From IMG/VR virus record IMGVR_UViG_3300020204_002217, positions 7,508-71,507 of that record: DNA of 64,000 nucleotides; one strand, 5' to 3'. The position numbers and the translations under genes are program-made. Positions 25,988 to 40,900 of this stretch are shown here, piece by piece. Source of the DNA: a virus. How positions within the stretch are numbered: position 1 is the stretch's first letter; every line of letters starts with the position of its first letter. The notes beneath the pieces were generated by a model, which did not search any database, had not been told where the DNA came from, and saw nothing but the letters and a program-made list of their open reading frames with translations.

Positions 25988-28900
25988 TTAATATATGTTG
26001 GAGTTTAAGAATATAGCAGCAGAAGTTGTGCTTATTGACAAAGGATCTCCCAACGTTGTATTATATGTATAACTATTCCAAGTCCTATTATAATTAGAAG
26101 CAATCATTCTATTATTTGGCAATAGGCTAAAGACCTCAGTATATTTTGGTATAGACAATTGCATACCTGTGCCATTTGCTCCTCTTTGTAAATTACCTAC
26201 AGTATTCAAGTCAGGATCGCAACTAAAGAATTTTATATATTCTCCATTTATTATTAAATCACGACCTTCAATTACTGTAATCATTAATTCATCCCCTTCT
26301 TCAAGATACTCTGAATTTTCAGTAATTATTAATGTCGGACTTAAAGCTTCGATTTCTACTTCGAATTGTGTTTTTGGTATTTCAATATTTTTAGTTTCAT
26401 TACGTACAAGTATACCGCATAGAACTTCTTTGTTTGCGTATAGACCAAACTCATATCCATCATCTGTTGGGGCCATTACCATATACATATGTGCTTCGCT
26501 TTGTGTAACCTTACTAAGGTCGTCTAAGTAAATTTCATTATCTATATCATTTAATGCATGACGTAGGAATGTTCTTGTCTGACTGTTGGCACGATAAACT
26601 GCAGGTTGATTATTTTTATCAACAAGATTTAAATAGCTTTCTTCATTTGGAGTTGCGTTTGGGATCATGCTAGTAATAATTACTTCATCTCCTGGCTCAA
26701 TCGTTGTGAGAATACTTAATTCGTTTGCAGCATTAAGTCTTAAGTGACTAGAAGGTAATCTATAACCATTAACTGTAACCCACAATCTATCTACATTACT
26801 TTGTTCCCACTGAGTTACTGTAATTGTACCTGAGGCATTATTTAATGCAAAGATGTCTCCTTGTCTAGTTGCACTTATAGTAAATTCATTTAAACTTGAA
26901 GTAGTACCTGTACCTGTGCCGGCACCTGTAGCTATAAATATTGTACCAACATTATTATCTACTGCACCTACTAACGTAAAGTCGGTATCTCCTACAGTTA
27001 AAATTTGATATTCATAATCTGTTATTAAGGCTGTAGCTACTGTTTCTGGAGCGACTGTCTTAACATAATAAGTTGTTCCGTCAATAATGTTGCTACTACT
27101 CATAATAGCATCACCAATATTTGCTCCAACTTCAGTAAACAATACTGGAGTATTAATAATTAAACCATCTGTACTCTCGACCGTAATTCTGTCGGTCGTA
27201 GCATTAGTATCAGTAGCTGTTGTTAAAGTAATTACAAACAATCCTGCTCGCCATATGTATCCGTCGCTAATATAGGCTGATACCATTTCTACAGGATAAT
27301 TTGGTTGAGCATATGCTGGATTATATGGTTCAGTATATAAATCTACTATAGTGGTTGAAATTATATGCACGTAATACTTGTTATTATTCAATTGGGTAGA
27401 TCCTTCTACGCCATCAATTTGTACAAATGTATTTTCCGTTAACGCATGCGGTATTCCTGTTTGTACTCTTACAGCGGGTTGCCCACCAATCTGAACTAAT
27501 ATAAATCCAGTATCGTCTGTAAGAGCTATTTGATTGCCATCTTCGTCCTTTATAGTAAATTCTGAGGCATTTATTATAGTATCTACAAAATAAGTTGTAC
27601 CTAATAAACTTATACCGCCTAATGAAGCCTGTAATGCTTTACCAGTACCAGAACCTACAGTAGCATTAGCAGTAAATGTTCCATAAACTACTGGAGTTCC
27701 AACATAGCCTACTGCGTTCCAATTAGTATCTCCTAAAACTTCAATTCTATATTGCACACCATTTGTTAAACTATCTGCAGATGATCTAGAAGTTTTAAAT
27801 AACGCAGTTTGTCCTACTACAAAATTAGCAGTACTACTACAAGTTATAACATTAGTTGTTGATGAAGTTCCTGTAACATTAGTTTCCGCTATAGGACTAG
27901 AAAGTGTATTGCTGATAAAGATAATGTTAGCTACAGTCAAACTATTGACTAAAACGGGCATAGCACCAGTGTCGTTTGTTAATTGTAATGCTGGTCCACC
28001 TAATGTTTCACTTATTACAAATTCTGTGCTATTGAGAATTTCTATAATATAATATATTTTTCCTGCTACTATTCCGTCTAGTACAGGACTTTGGAATATA
28101 ATAGTGTCATTTACGTTAAGTTCCGTAGTAGTATATCCTGATGCTAATGTTAACCAATTTAAATTTTCATCATATGTTACTATGCTAGGTGTATTTTGGT
28201 CATATGTTTGTATGCTAGGAGTATCTTGGTCATAACTTCCAATAGAATTATTAGTGCTTTCTACCACTAACTCTAGGAAATCACCACCGAGAGTACCTGT
28301 TACACCAAATTCAGTATTAAAGTATTGTCTATCAGTTAAATTGTAAGATGTTATTGCTACAACACTATTTGCTGGAGGAGGGCTTACAAATGTAAGTGTA
28401 TCTAAGGATGAATTAATAGTGTACTGACTTCCTGTTTGACGTAAACCATTAATTTCTACAATTGCATTTCCAGGATTATCTTGTCCCACAAAGTAAGATA
28501 ATGCAAACTGAGACGTAGAGCCATTACCATTAAACAATTCAGTTTGTGGTAAAGTATATCCATATTGAATTGGGCTAGTTTCACCAAAGAATGAATATAC
28601 TAGATAATCTATGTCCTGATCATATTGATCTGCTAATAATACTTTAGCCTGCACGCTATCCGACTGTATACCAATAGCATAATCATATGTTATGAATATA
28701 CCGCCACCTGAACCTTCTGCAAGTAATATTGTTGGTCCTCCTAAAGTTGCACTAATAGTAAATTCATTATCATCAATTATATTATTAATATAATATGTTG
28801 TTAATGGCACCAAATTTGCTCCGCCAAATGTTACAGTCTCACTAAACTTAATAGGATCATTAACACTTAATAATGCAGTAGTATTAATTGTAATAGCATT

Positions 28901-31900
28901 ATTTGTATTTTTAGTTTTAAATACTGAACCGGTTATACCATAAGTTAATAAAGAACCATTATGATACATAACTGGATCCGTATATACTAGACCTGAACCT
29001 ATTTGTATTATAACACTCATTGGTCCTTCGCCGGTAAGCGGACCATCGAGCAATTCTACAGCAGGACCTGCGATTCCGCCGCTTGCAGACGCAGAAATTA
29101 TAATTGCATTTCTAGCATTACTAATTTCCTTGACATAATAGTTGGTATCTTCTAATAGTCCCCCGTATGTGTCGCCTGTAAATCTTACTATTGTATTTTG
29201 TACAAAATATGAAACGTCAGTGCAAATAATATAATTACTTACACTTTCTGTTTTTATAACCGTAATTTCAATTGGTTCAGTGCCTGGCTGAATTAAACCG
29301 CTGCCTTGAAATACACTAGCTGAGTAGTTACAATTTAAATTTATTTCTTGGAATCCAGTTATAAGATTTGCACGAATAGGATCAGTCTTAGTACTTGATT
29401 TTACTAGCTGATCGCTGTTACCCACTTCATATACATCAATTCTTAACTTATCCATAATTGGACTGAATGGCAATGGATTTGTCAATGTAATATAATTGTT
29501 TACATAATTTACTGTATAGTCTATTCCCTCGTACAATCTTGTGCCTAAATTAGTGGTTCCATTTATTTGGTATACCGTTAATTGTGCAGTAGTTTCACTT
29601 GTGATTTGTATACCTTCGTGTGAATGTCCATGAACATGACGCATAGGCCCATACATATATTGAACTTGATCTGCTGTATCAGGATCGTACTCTACAGAAA
29701 TTGAATTATATCCAACATGTTGGTATTCAGTTACTTCCCAATTTGTGCCTGCTCTCGTTGAAACAGTCATATTTAAATTGTCTGTAACTATACCTGGTAC
29801 TAATTCTTCTGGGCCATAACCAAACACAAACGGTGAGCCAATAACTTCATAAGCAGGGGAGACTATATTAAAGAAATTATCAATGTCCCAAGTTACGCCA
29901 TCATCATATGATCTTATAGCTGTATTATTATCTCCAACAACAGTAAATCTTGTTTCTGCACTATCAAAATTTATAGCATTTAGATTTTCTGTGACACCAC
30001 TTGTTTGTGTAACCCAATTAAATCCATCACTACTAGTTCTAACTTCACCATCGTTACCTACAGCCATGTAGATATTGTTTTGATATATAACATCGTTAAG
30101 TTTTGGTTCGTATGGATATTTGTACATTAATGTTTGTTCAGGTATAGATCCTATACCAGATAAACCTACTGTACCTGTACCCGATGTTGTACCTGTTGCT
30201 GTAAACACAACTCCTGGCGTATTTGTTGCTGCGCCAACTAAAACAAAATTAGATGTTCCTGGATTTAATATTGTGTAGGTCTTACCGATTTCTAAATTGC
30301 CTGCAGTTACATCTGAATTTATTGTTATGAAGTTACTTGACAAAATGCCAGTAACAGTATATGAAACGTCATCGTCAATGATGTCGAATGGCTTAGTAAA
30401 TCTTACTGTATCTCCTACAATAAATCCTAGAGTGCTGCCTACAGCTATTTTCTGTAAGCTTGATCCTAACACTAAATTTACGTTTGTTTCGGTGATGCCT
30501 TGCCATGTGCCCGGCTGTGTTGATGTATAGATAGCACCATTATCACCGACAATTATAATATTAGTGCCATCACTAGTTATACTATAGAAACCATTTTGTG
30601 TAGCTGAACCTGCACTTGTCCAGTTATAACCATTAGTACTATAAAGAATAATGTTTGTACTAACTATTTCGGTTAGTCCGCTGCTATAATCATAACGCTG
30701 ACCTTTACCAACTGCTATCCAACCGCTAAACAAACTAGTGCTTACATAACTTATACCATATAGTTCTTGTGTTAAGTTACTATCAAATCTAAACACTTCC
30801 TGCCAAACTGTTGAGTTTGTACTTAAAACTATCTTATTACCTACAGCAACATAAACTCCATTATTATAAGCTACACTATTTAAACTTAATGCACCATTTG
30901 ATAATGGTATAGCATACTGACTAGTTTTTCCGAAAGGTATTAGTTGTCCTGCAGTAGTCCATGCTGTGGAATTTACACTGCGTATAATAGGTGTTGCGCT
31001 ATTCGTACTGGTCATTACATAATAAGTGCCTGAGTATATTACGTCACTTAATCCTAACGGTTCATTTGCAATTTTTGCAATATCCCAATTTACATCGTCA
31101 ATATCTACAGCAAAGGCTGAGTATGTTGGTAAGTTTGCTGGTGCAAAATAACGTGTACCAACAAATATCAAACTTTCCATATTAATATTTGTTGGATAGA
31201 AAGCCTGCGCTTGTAGTTGCGTGTCTAGAGGAAATTGTTGATCTGGTTCAAACGCATTACCTAAGTAGTTGTTATTTGGATAACGTGTTCCAGTAACTAA
31301 TTGAGTTGTGTCAACACCAGGCATATCAACAGTTGGTTGATAGTATCCTATTATACGATCTAGACCATTTAATACTCTGTCACCGCTGTTTAACAATTCC
31401 CATTTACCATATACGAATTCAGGGTCATTATTACTTACAATACATCTGTATACATTATTATTATATTTGACTATGCTTTGATTAAAGTAAAACGGTTCAG
31501 GCAAGAATGTAAATGCTCCTGCTTTTGCCATTGTCATATTTCCACTAGAATTAGTTAATGAGAATGTTGAGCCTCCTGGCTGATCGCTTATTGTAATTGT
31601 ATTACTACTCTTTGTTAAAATATAATAAGGAGTACCCAAAGTTACGCCCCCAAATACTGTGCCAGAAAATATTATTGTATCATTTATATTAAATTCGCTT
31701 GCATTTGTAACAGTAATGATGTTTGATGCAATACTGCTAGCAGTTGTAGTTGTATATCCATTATAGTTAAAATCATTAATATTAACATGCTGAGTTAATA
31801 ATGGATTACTGTAGACTTCAAATGTATTTGCACTTAACACCTTAAGATAATACTGATTAGCTACACCAGCAGGTGTTCCTTGACATATTACATTTTCAAG

Positions 31901-34900
31901 TTGTCCATTTGCACCTATCGTTTCAACTACTATGGTTAAATTATTATTTGGTGTTGTGCCACCAATTAAAACTCCTGCTATAGTAATAGTATTGTCTGTT
32001 GCAAAGCCTGATCCAGCATCTTGAATTTGTACTCTATATCCGCCTAATATATAACTTACATCGAATATTGGAGTGCTAGTAATTTCTTGATCTAATACAA
32101 CAGTTTTAGTTTCACTACTTAAAGCAATAGTGGAACCGCCTATTGAACTTGATAATGTTATAAAAGGTTCGCCGGCACCAGTCATTGGTCCGCTATCTGC
32201 TGTTAAATCTTCCTCTGGTCCTCCTGGACTTAAAGAAATCTTAAAGCTTGTATTGGACACAATTGAGCTAGGTACTACATAGTATTGAACACCAATAACT
32301 ATACCACCTAAACCAGAACCACTAAAAATTATTGAAGCATTATCATATAAGTTGCTAGTATCAGAAGTTAATAATAAATTTGCACTTGTAGTTGCTGTTA
32401 CCGTAGTTTCTAATACACCAATTGTTTTAATAAAATAAGTTGTTCCGGAAGTTAATCCACCTAAGTCTTGATCTAGAGTAAATGGCATATTAACATACAT
32501 GTTTGTAGTGCCATCTACAACTTCAACAATATATACGTCTTCTATTGCTAATGCATTAATACCGGTTAAGGATGCCATAACACTACGTGATATTAAGTTG
32601 CCGATTGTAAAGACATCTATATTCACGTATTGAGGGCTTGTATCGTAAAAAGTAAATAATTGACCATCTACTTGTCCAGGGCTTACTGGAAGTGATACAT
32701 TCATTACTATATCAGTATCAGCATCGGTTAATTGTACAACCTCAGCTTGACTTGTACCTAATCCTGTTGTATCTGTAGCACTTGCTACGGTAGTTACAGC
32801 AAATGTTGTGCCGTTGATACTTTCACTTAAAGTTATTATTTGTAGGTCAATAATAGAACTTACATAATATATTACGCCTTCTAATATATTACCGAAATTA
32901 CTTACAGTTAATCCAGATATTTCTAGGTTACTAAATGTAATAGGTTCATTGACTGCCAACCCAGTAGTACTATCTAAAAACACATAATTACCTGTGCTAT
33001 TAGTTTCAGTCAAAATGTATGTAGTTGGATTTTTACTTTCACTGATAGTAAATGTTTGTTCATCTAGAATGCTTGTAACATAATATGTTTGGTTCATTCT
33101 AATGTTGCCGGCATATAGAGGAGGATCTATTACTCCTGGTAGTGTAAAGAACAATGGAATATTCGTATACAAGCCGGTTGTGCCACCTGTACCTATAGCT
33201 GTGATTGGTACTGTTAATGCATTTACATTAGCTGAGGCTCCTGTAATTGTACGTATACCCGAATAATCTACACTAATAATTGTTTTGTTAACAATTTCTG
33301 CTGTGTAAAGTTTACATCCTGCTGGACTTACTGTATAGTCTGCTAAATTAATACTTGAGCCACCATTAGTTAAACTTACTTTAAAATTCTTTTCATCTAC
33401 AATTTCACTTATATAATAAACTGTAAATCCTTGTAGACCACTTGTGCCCACATCGCCAATCATTTTAATTGGCATTCCAATGGTAAAGCCTATAGTAGAG
33501 CCGGAACTATTAGGCTCACCTGTATCATCATCATATGGTTCAAGTTCAATAGTATCGTTAGTACCATCAAAATCTACAACTGTTCTTTCAAAACTCGACC
33601 ATTCAACACCGTCACTGTTATCAATAGTAATTGAAGTTGGTATACTTTCTACAGTGTTTATTGGGAAGACTACTCCTTGTGCGCTAGCTAAAATATTTTC
33701 GATAGGCGGAGTTGTGCTTTGTAATGATATTATTGAGCTACTTACTCTTTCACTGTTTTCATAGGTACCTGCAAAGAAGGATCCATAAAATGCATCGGCT
33801 CTCCAATCTGTAACCTGACTATTATATGTTGTTCTATCAAAGCGTAGATTGATATTATTTTCTCTCACAGGCATAGCACTGCTAATTGTGCTAGCTTTTG
33901 CACCAAAATTAAGTGTATGTGAGCCAGAGCCTTGATTATAAAGTGTAACTCTATCAACATCATTAACTGCATCATCAAAACTAGTATAGAGAGCAATAAT
34001 TGTAAATGGTGCGTTTTCTAATACATTGATGTAATACCATTGATTGTTATCTAAACCACCAACATTAATACTGCCTGGATTATTTTTATATCTTAATAAA
34101 TTTCCTGTACTCAAAGAAGGTGCAAATATTTTAATTGTATTTGTTAGTTCGTTAATATCGCTTACAGTGAAATCAATTACTAGTGCAGGATCAATAATAA
34201 TTTCTGGTAAGAATACATATCCTAATCCTGGATTTATTACAGTAACACTTACTACACTGTCTAAACTCATAACTGCTTCTAGTACAGCCGGTACTTTTGG
34301 TTCTGGATATAAACTTGCTGTGCCAGTACCTGTACCTGCACCGGTAGCTATAAAGCTTAAGCCAATAGTATTACTAGTTGCACCGATTAGCGTAAAGTCA
34401 GTAGGATTATTGTTAAGTCCTAAAGATTGTATAATATAGTTTCTACCACTTATAAAAGTGCCTGCTTCTGTTAGACCTATGTCTATATAAGCTGTGACCT
34501 TAGGTGGTTCAGTATATTGACTGCCACCGTCAAGTAGTAATACAGGCGGTAAGTCAATATAAATATTTTGTCCTGGTAAATGATCAAATACTGTGGTACT
34601 ATTTAATCCGCGCACTAATCCGCTTAGTGTGTTTAATGCTCTATTAACGTTGGAGTATCCAATTAATTCATAACTTTGTTTAGTTGGGTCACTTGGATCA
34701 TAAATTTTAATTACGCCGTTTATAGGGAACCCACTAGCGTTGTCAACTATTATAAAGTTACTTGCTAATGTAACATAGCTGCCTAATGTAGTAATTAAGA
34801 AATCATTTTGCCCAGTTATGCTTACTCCATAATTATTATACCACTGAGTATATTCTGCATTTTGCCAAATGTCATTACCAGGCAAATATTGATAACCAGT

Positions 34901-37900
34901 ATTTGGATTTTGATAAACTAGTTCAGGGCTTACAAACTGATTAATATCAAAGGCGAATTGTGCGGGCAAATCAAAGTCAGTTATATTGCCTTGATATATT
35001 TCCTCACCTGTATATTGAATTAAGAAGTCTTTTATTACAACGTGATAGGGCTTAACTTCATTGACATAACCTTCTAGGAAAGTTTGATTATCGCTTTGAA
35101 AAACCTTCAATGGTATTAGTTCTCTAATCTTGTGACTAATATCGACAAGACTTGTTTTATTTAACCATGGTAAGTAATTTTGTGACTCCACAGTTTCACT
35201 TTGAATATAATCAAATAACAATATTAAACTTTGATTTCTTAAAATTAAAAGTTCATTAGTATAAATCTGTTCATTTAATGCACGAATTATCCAACGAGTT
35301 GGACCAGAAGGATATACATCGTATGTGTCAGTATCAAAGAAGTTATCTCCAAATCCTAATCTACCTTTTGAGTAATCCCATAAAGTACTACTAAACTCAA
35401 TTGTACCATTTTGTAGACCAATACGGATCCAACTCTCTTTGCCGGTTATATTATCCTCGTCATAAATATACCATTCAGTATTACCATCACCGTTAGTAGC
35501 TACAGAAACTATCGTGCCATAAGGTACTTGTAATTTAGATAGGTCTGCATATAAAGGAACACGCAGTGCTGCTCTAGTACTATTATCATAGCCAGGAGCC
35601 CACCAATTAATATTATTAACATAATCTCTAGTATTATAAATTAAAACTTGTTCGCCATTAACCTCAATATAACCTTTATTGTTTAAGAATGTAGCACCGG
35701 GACGAATTTCATTAATTGGATACTTTGCTAGTTCAGCATTAGCAAAAGTCAAATAATTTTTTAAAGCCAAATTTCTATTATAGAAGAAACTTTGTCTTGG
35801 TCTTGCTAGTATACCGGATTGTACTGCCTTAGGTAAATATGGATTAGGTACTATTTGCCCTGGTTCATCTGTACCCGGACTATAATTTACTACGCCTGAT
35901 AAACTATCTAACAACTTGTCGTAAAGACTAGTTGGATATATGCTGTCTACTGTTGGGAAACCAGGCAAGAAGTCGTCAGGATTATTAACTCTTATTAAAT
36001 TAAATTCATTGTGACTTTCTGCTGCTGTACTGCCAGTGGAGTAGCCTACGTGTAATACGCTATCATCTGCATTTAAATATGATTGAGAATTATATAATGC
36101 AAAAGCATTAGGCAATAATGGCGCTAGATAAGCTATGCCTGATGCTAGGGGATTAGCAATATAATTACTTATTGTTGTATCTGATAATGTTTTTCCGCGC
36201 TGTTTTGCAATTATGCCAGTATCTCTTACCCAAAAGTAATATAGTAAAGAATTACCACCATTATTATCATTAACAGCTTCTACGCTAAAATTATTAATAT
36301 TATATGGTATGCCGGGTCCTTCATAATTTACAGGTATCTGTTCAGAAACTACCCATGAATAAATTGCAACGTCACTATTTGGAAACAAATTTGCCCAATA
36401 TCTTGCATTGTAAGCTGGATCGTTTTGATGATAATTTAAATATCTTATATTTGAAGTGTCGAACCATATTTGTCCAACATTTCGTGCGCCCCACATTTCA
36501 CCAGTATCTAAGAATATACTATAGCCGGCTGGATCGTTATTACATACATAATCAATATTTGGTCTTACTGCGCCTAGTATTTTGCCTTGCAATGGATCAA
36601 CATAATCTAAATGAACAAGTGTATTATTTGTAGACGCACTAAAAATTTGAGTATTTTGTATTTTTGTAATGTCAACTACTTCTGCACTTTCTCTAAATAT
36701 TTGCCAGTCATTTAATCCATTCAAATTAACAAAGGTTGTAACTTGACCGTCTGTAAAGTCGGGTCTAAAGTTTGGAGTGCCCACTACAACCCTATTTTCA
36801 TTAAAGTCTAAAGTTGTGCCATATCTTGGTTGTGAACCATAATTTAAATTTTGATCATTTACACATTGTGCGTAAACAAAAGCACCCACATTATTAATAT
36901 TTTCATTATAAATGCCGATGTAATCATACATATACACCGCGCCTGCGTTTACAAAACCTTCTATAAACTGTGTGCAATTATTATCAAAAACAGTATCATT
37001 ATCTAGGTTAGCGTCATCAGTAAAATCAAATAATGTTTGAGCATAACGTGTTCCTACAGGAGCACTTACTACAATACTATTATTTGATGTATTAAATTTA
37101 ACAAAAGTACCAAATTGTGTAGGACCTGTTAAGTGTGGGCACTGTATGGTTTGAGTATTTGTATATAAAGTAAATCCTAACTCGGTTAATGTGTCAATTT
37201 CTGTTACGCTGATATTTAACTTTTCATTTATCGGTGCAAGATCATTATCTAACAATTGAATTACTAAAATACCATTTGTTTGGCTTGCGACTATATTAGT
37301 GATGTTTGCAGAATTGATTGCTTCCATCACACTTTCAGCATCACCTGCAGTCAATAAAATATAATAACCATTTATTAATAATTTTCTATTTGTAGTTATA
37401 GAGACTGATTGATTTCCTGTTATGCTACCATATTTTTGAGAGCCGTTCGTATATCTGTACACCGCGCCTTCTTCATTTGCACTATTCAGTGCAAATGGCG
37501 CACCTATAATTATTTCATTACCATATCGATTTGATGATACGCTTGTGCCGAATCCTGTGCCTGTACGTTGAGTGTTCGGGCTATCAATAGCTTGTACTAA
37601 TACAAAATTATTACTACTGATATTAATAACATCGCCTGCTCTTAAAAAGCCTGCATAATAAATGTTAGATCCAATTACATAATAATTGTCATCTGTAACA
37701 TTTATACCATTTACACTTACATATAAAGGTGTACTTTGTATTGTTGCAGATATAGTTAATGGACCAGCTTTAGTAGCTAAATTAACAACTGTATTTGTGC
37801 TTCTTGATGTTTTAATAGTAATCGTTGAACCAACTATGCTACCTACATAGTAAACTTGATTTGCTATAATATTTGTATCTAACAAGTCATTACCTGTAAA

Positions 37901-40900
37901 GACAATTGCATCATTAGGATTAATATTTGCTATATCGTTTAAAGTGATTGTATTAGATGAGCCGTCTAATGTGCTAGTTGCTGTTCTCGATAATGTTGAA
38001 GGAGTCCAAGCTAAAGGAAATACTTGCGGTTGACCATTGATAGAAGGAGCTTGAGTTTCTATATTTTGTATAAGTCTTTGATATACATAAGACGCTCCAG
38101 TATTTTCAACAGATACACTATAATCTTTACTTGGCGCGCCAACAACTAATGTGTCTCCGTAATAATCAGTAGAAATAGAAGTACCATATGCCTCTGCGGA
38201 TACACCAGTAATTACGCTAGAATATTGATAAGTTACTTGGCTTGCTTGACCAGTTCCACTACCTACTCCTGTTGCGACAAAATACAATCCTACTAGGTTG
38301 TCGTCAGCACCTACAGCAGTAAAGTCTGTTGGATCTTCTAATACCTTACCATTACCGGTTCCCACAGCAGTAGCCGTGAATACTGTACCGATTTCATTTG
38401 ATGCAGCACCTATAGTTGTAAAGTCGGTAGTTCCTTGTGAAACGATTTGATATGTTTGTCCTATAGTTATGCTAGTAGCTACAATTTCATCACCTAAAGA
38501 TGTAATTTGAAATGTTTGACCTACTGCAAAATAACCTGCTGTATATGGAATATTGCTCTTTCTATAAACAAATATTTTATTATCGTCCTTTGCTGAGATG
38601 TATAACCAATTTGTATCTCCGGAGAATGCTAAGGCTTCGCCCCATTCTCCTGTTGCACTTGCATGTCTGCTTATCTCTTGATATGTTACAAAGTCGTCAG
38701 TGACTGGAGTATCATTGATAGTGTAAACATAAACTTTTGGTGTGCCCGTTGGTTGTGACACAATATATAAATTTTGTGCGTGTGCTAAGGCAGTACCATA
38801 ACTTGTAGTTTCGGTTATAGTTTCATTTAACTGATAATTTTCGTAAAGATCATTATAAGTGTAACGATATAAACTACCTATATCTTTGTCAGTTATTAAA
38901 TATCCAGCAATACTATCATAACCAACTGCACTACCAAACTTAGCACTATTTTGTTTTGTAAATTCTTCTTCAAATTTATAGTTAATACTCTTGCGATATA
39001 CTGCCCAACTGCCGCTCTCAGCTTCGTCTACCCAAACAGTGTTTTTTACAAATTCAGTATCAATTAACGGTAGTGAATTAATTTGAGAAGCATTAGCTAC
39101 TCTTGCTGTTTGAAACTTATAGGCAACACCTTGACCTGTTACAATATTAACATTATTTGTTAAATTAAATGTTAATTCAATTATTACTTTATTTTGATCA
39201 AGAATTTCTTGGCAAATATAATAACCATCTACTATTGGACTAAAATTAATAATTGCAAATGGTTGAAATTTCGTTAATCCATGAGGCTGTTTAAACGTAA
39301 CAGTACTAAAATTTTGATTATTATTAATTTGTACACTTATTACATTTCCTATGACTTTAGGAGTATAAATTTGAAAGTCAGCAAGATAATTAGCTATCCA
39401 TACAAATTGATTGACATAAAATTCATTTAAAGTAACAGGAACACCGTTGGCTCCTATAGCTGAAGGTAATTCGCTAACGTAATATGCTAGCATTTTAACA
39501 TCATTAACATTTGCATAACCAGCGTTTGGATATATGTCGCTGTAACTTGTAGGTTCTATTGTAGGTAGTACATTTGGATTAGATATTGGCTGACTGTAAT
39601 TAAACAATGAATATATAGGTACTTGTTGCTGTATACCGGGTGTATAAACACCATTAGTTAATGCAACTGTGCCAGGATTATTAGTTAATAATTTTTGTTT
39701 TAATCTAAATTCAACAAAGTTGTCATTCAATACTCCACCAAAAGCCTGTGATTTAATAGCCCAATTTTCATAAACTGTATAATCAATACCGCCTTGCGGT
39801 AATTGCGCTCCTTGGAAGGCTGTCAATGCATTCAATGTACCTTTATTTTTGATGAAGTTTTTATATACATTAATTTGTGTAATATCTGTTAAATCTGCGA
39901 TTGCTAGATAATCTCTAGGACGATATCCTATTAATGAGAATGATAATAAGTCTGCATCTTTTTCAAGGTTAGCAACATCTGTATTGTAATACAATGCACT
40001 TTCATAACTTCTAGTACTGCTATTAGGCAGTAATCCTTTTTGAATTTCATTGTAATCAGTTTCTTTCCATTCATCTTCCTGAAAAATATTGTTTGGTTGA
40101 ATAATTGTCGATGCAGTAAAAAACTTATTTTTATACTTAACGATACTGCCCTTTGTATATTTGACTTCTTTTTTCCATTGTTCAATATTATCTTGGTTAT
40201 AGATAAAGCCGCTAGCAGTAACTGTTCCGTTCCAATCAGCAGTTTTAGTGCCATACAGTTTAATTCTTACTTGTCTTAAACCTGTTATTAAGTTATAAAT
40301 GATATCATCAAATAATGTCACATTATCAAAGACGATTCCATTTTCAAATGCGCTTAAATTAAATTGTCCATAAGCAATAGTATCACCCTTATTTTGTGTT
40401 TTGACACTAAAAAGTGTATCATTTCTTACAATTGATAAATCCTTCAACTGTATTGGATAAAGATTTTGATTTAATATAAAGTTTTGTTGTTGTATAGTTA
40501 ATGGTTGTACTACAAGTCCTGGTTTATCAATATTAAGTTCTGTAGCCCAAGGATTTAAAGTTACAATACTACTATCTTGCCAACCCATCTGTGACCAATA
40601 TAAAAATTCTAATACCATTTGTTGCCAAGTTACAGGTACAGCGTTTGTAATTTGATTAAATTGTGCGCCTTGTTGTTGTATATAATTGCCATAGCTCATT
40701 AAGAATTGTGACAACTCTTGTGCTGTTGAAAACGTTGTACCATATGGAACATACTCTAATGTAGTGCTGTAGTTTTTTGCTACTTTTACAGTCATATTTT
40801 CTACAACCAAATTATCTAACTCGCCGTCAAAAATTGGTTTAACTATTGTAAAATAGGCGTACTGTTGATTATTACCAAATACACTATATCCTTCTCTTAC

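Noticed and set aside
16616-40254. Same-strand alternative-frame ORFs 16616..16855 and 39931..40254
   Set aside because: Nested within conserved genes with no RBS or motif evidence; their lengths are compatible with chance.
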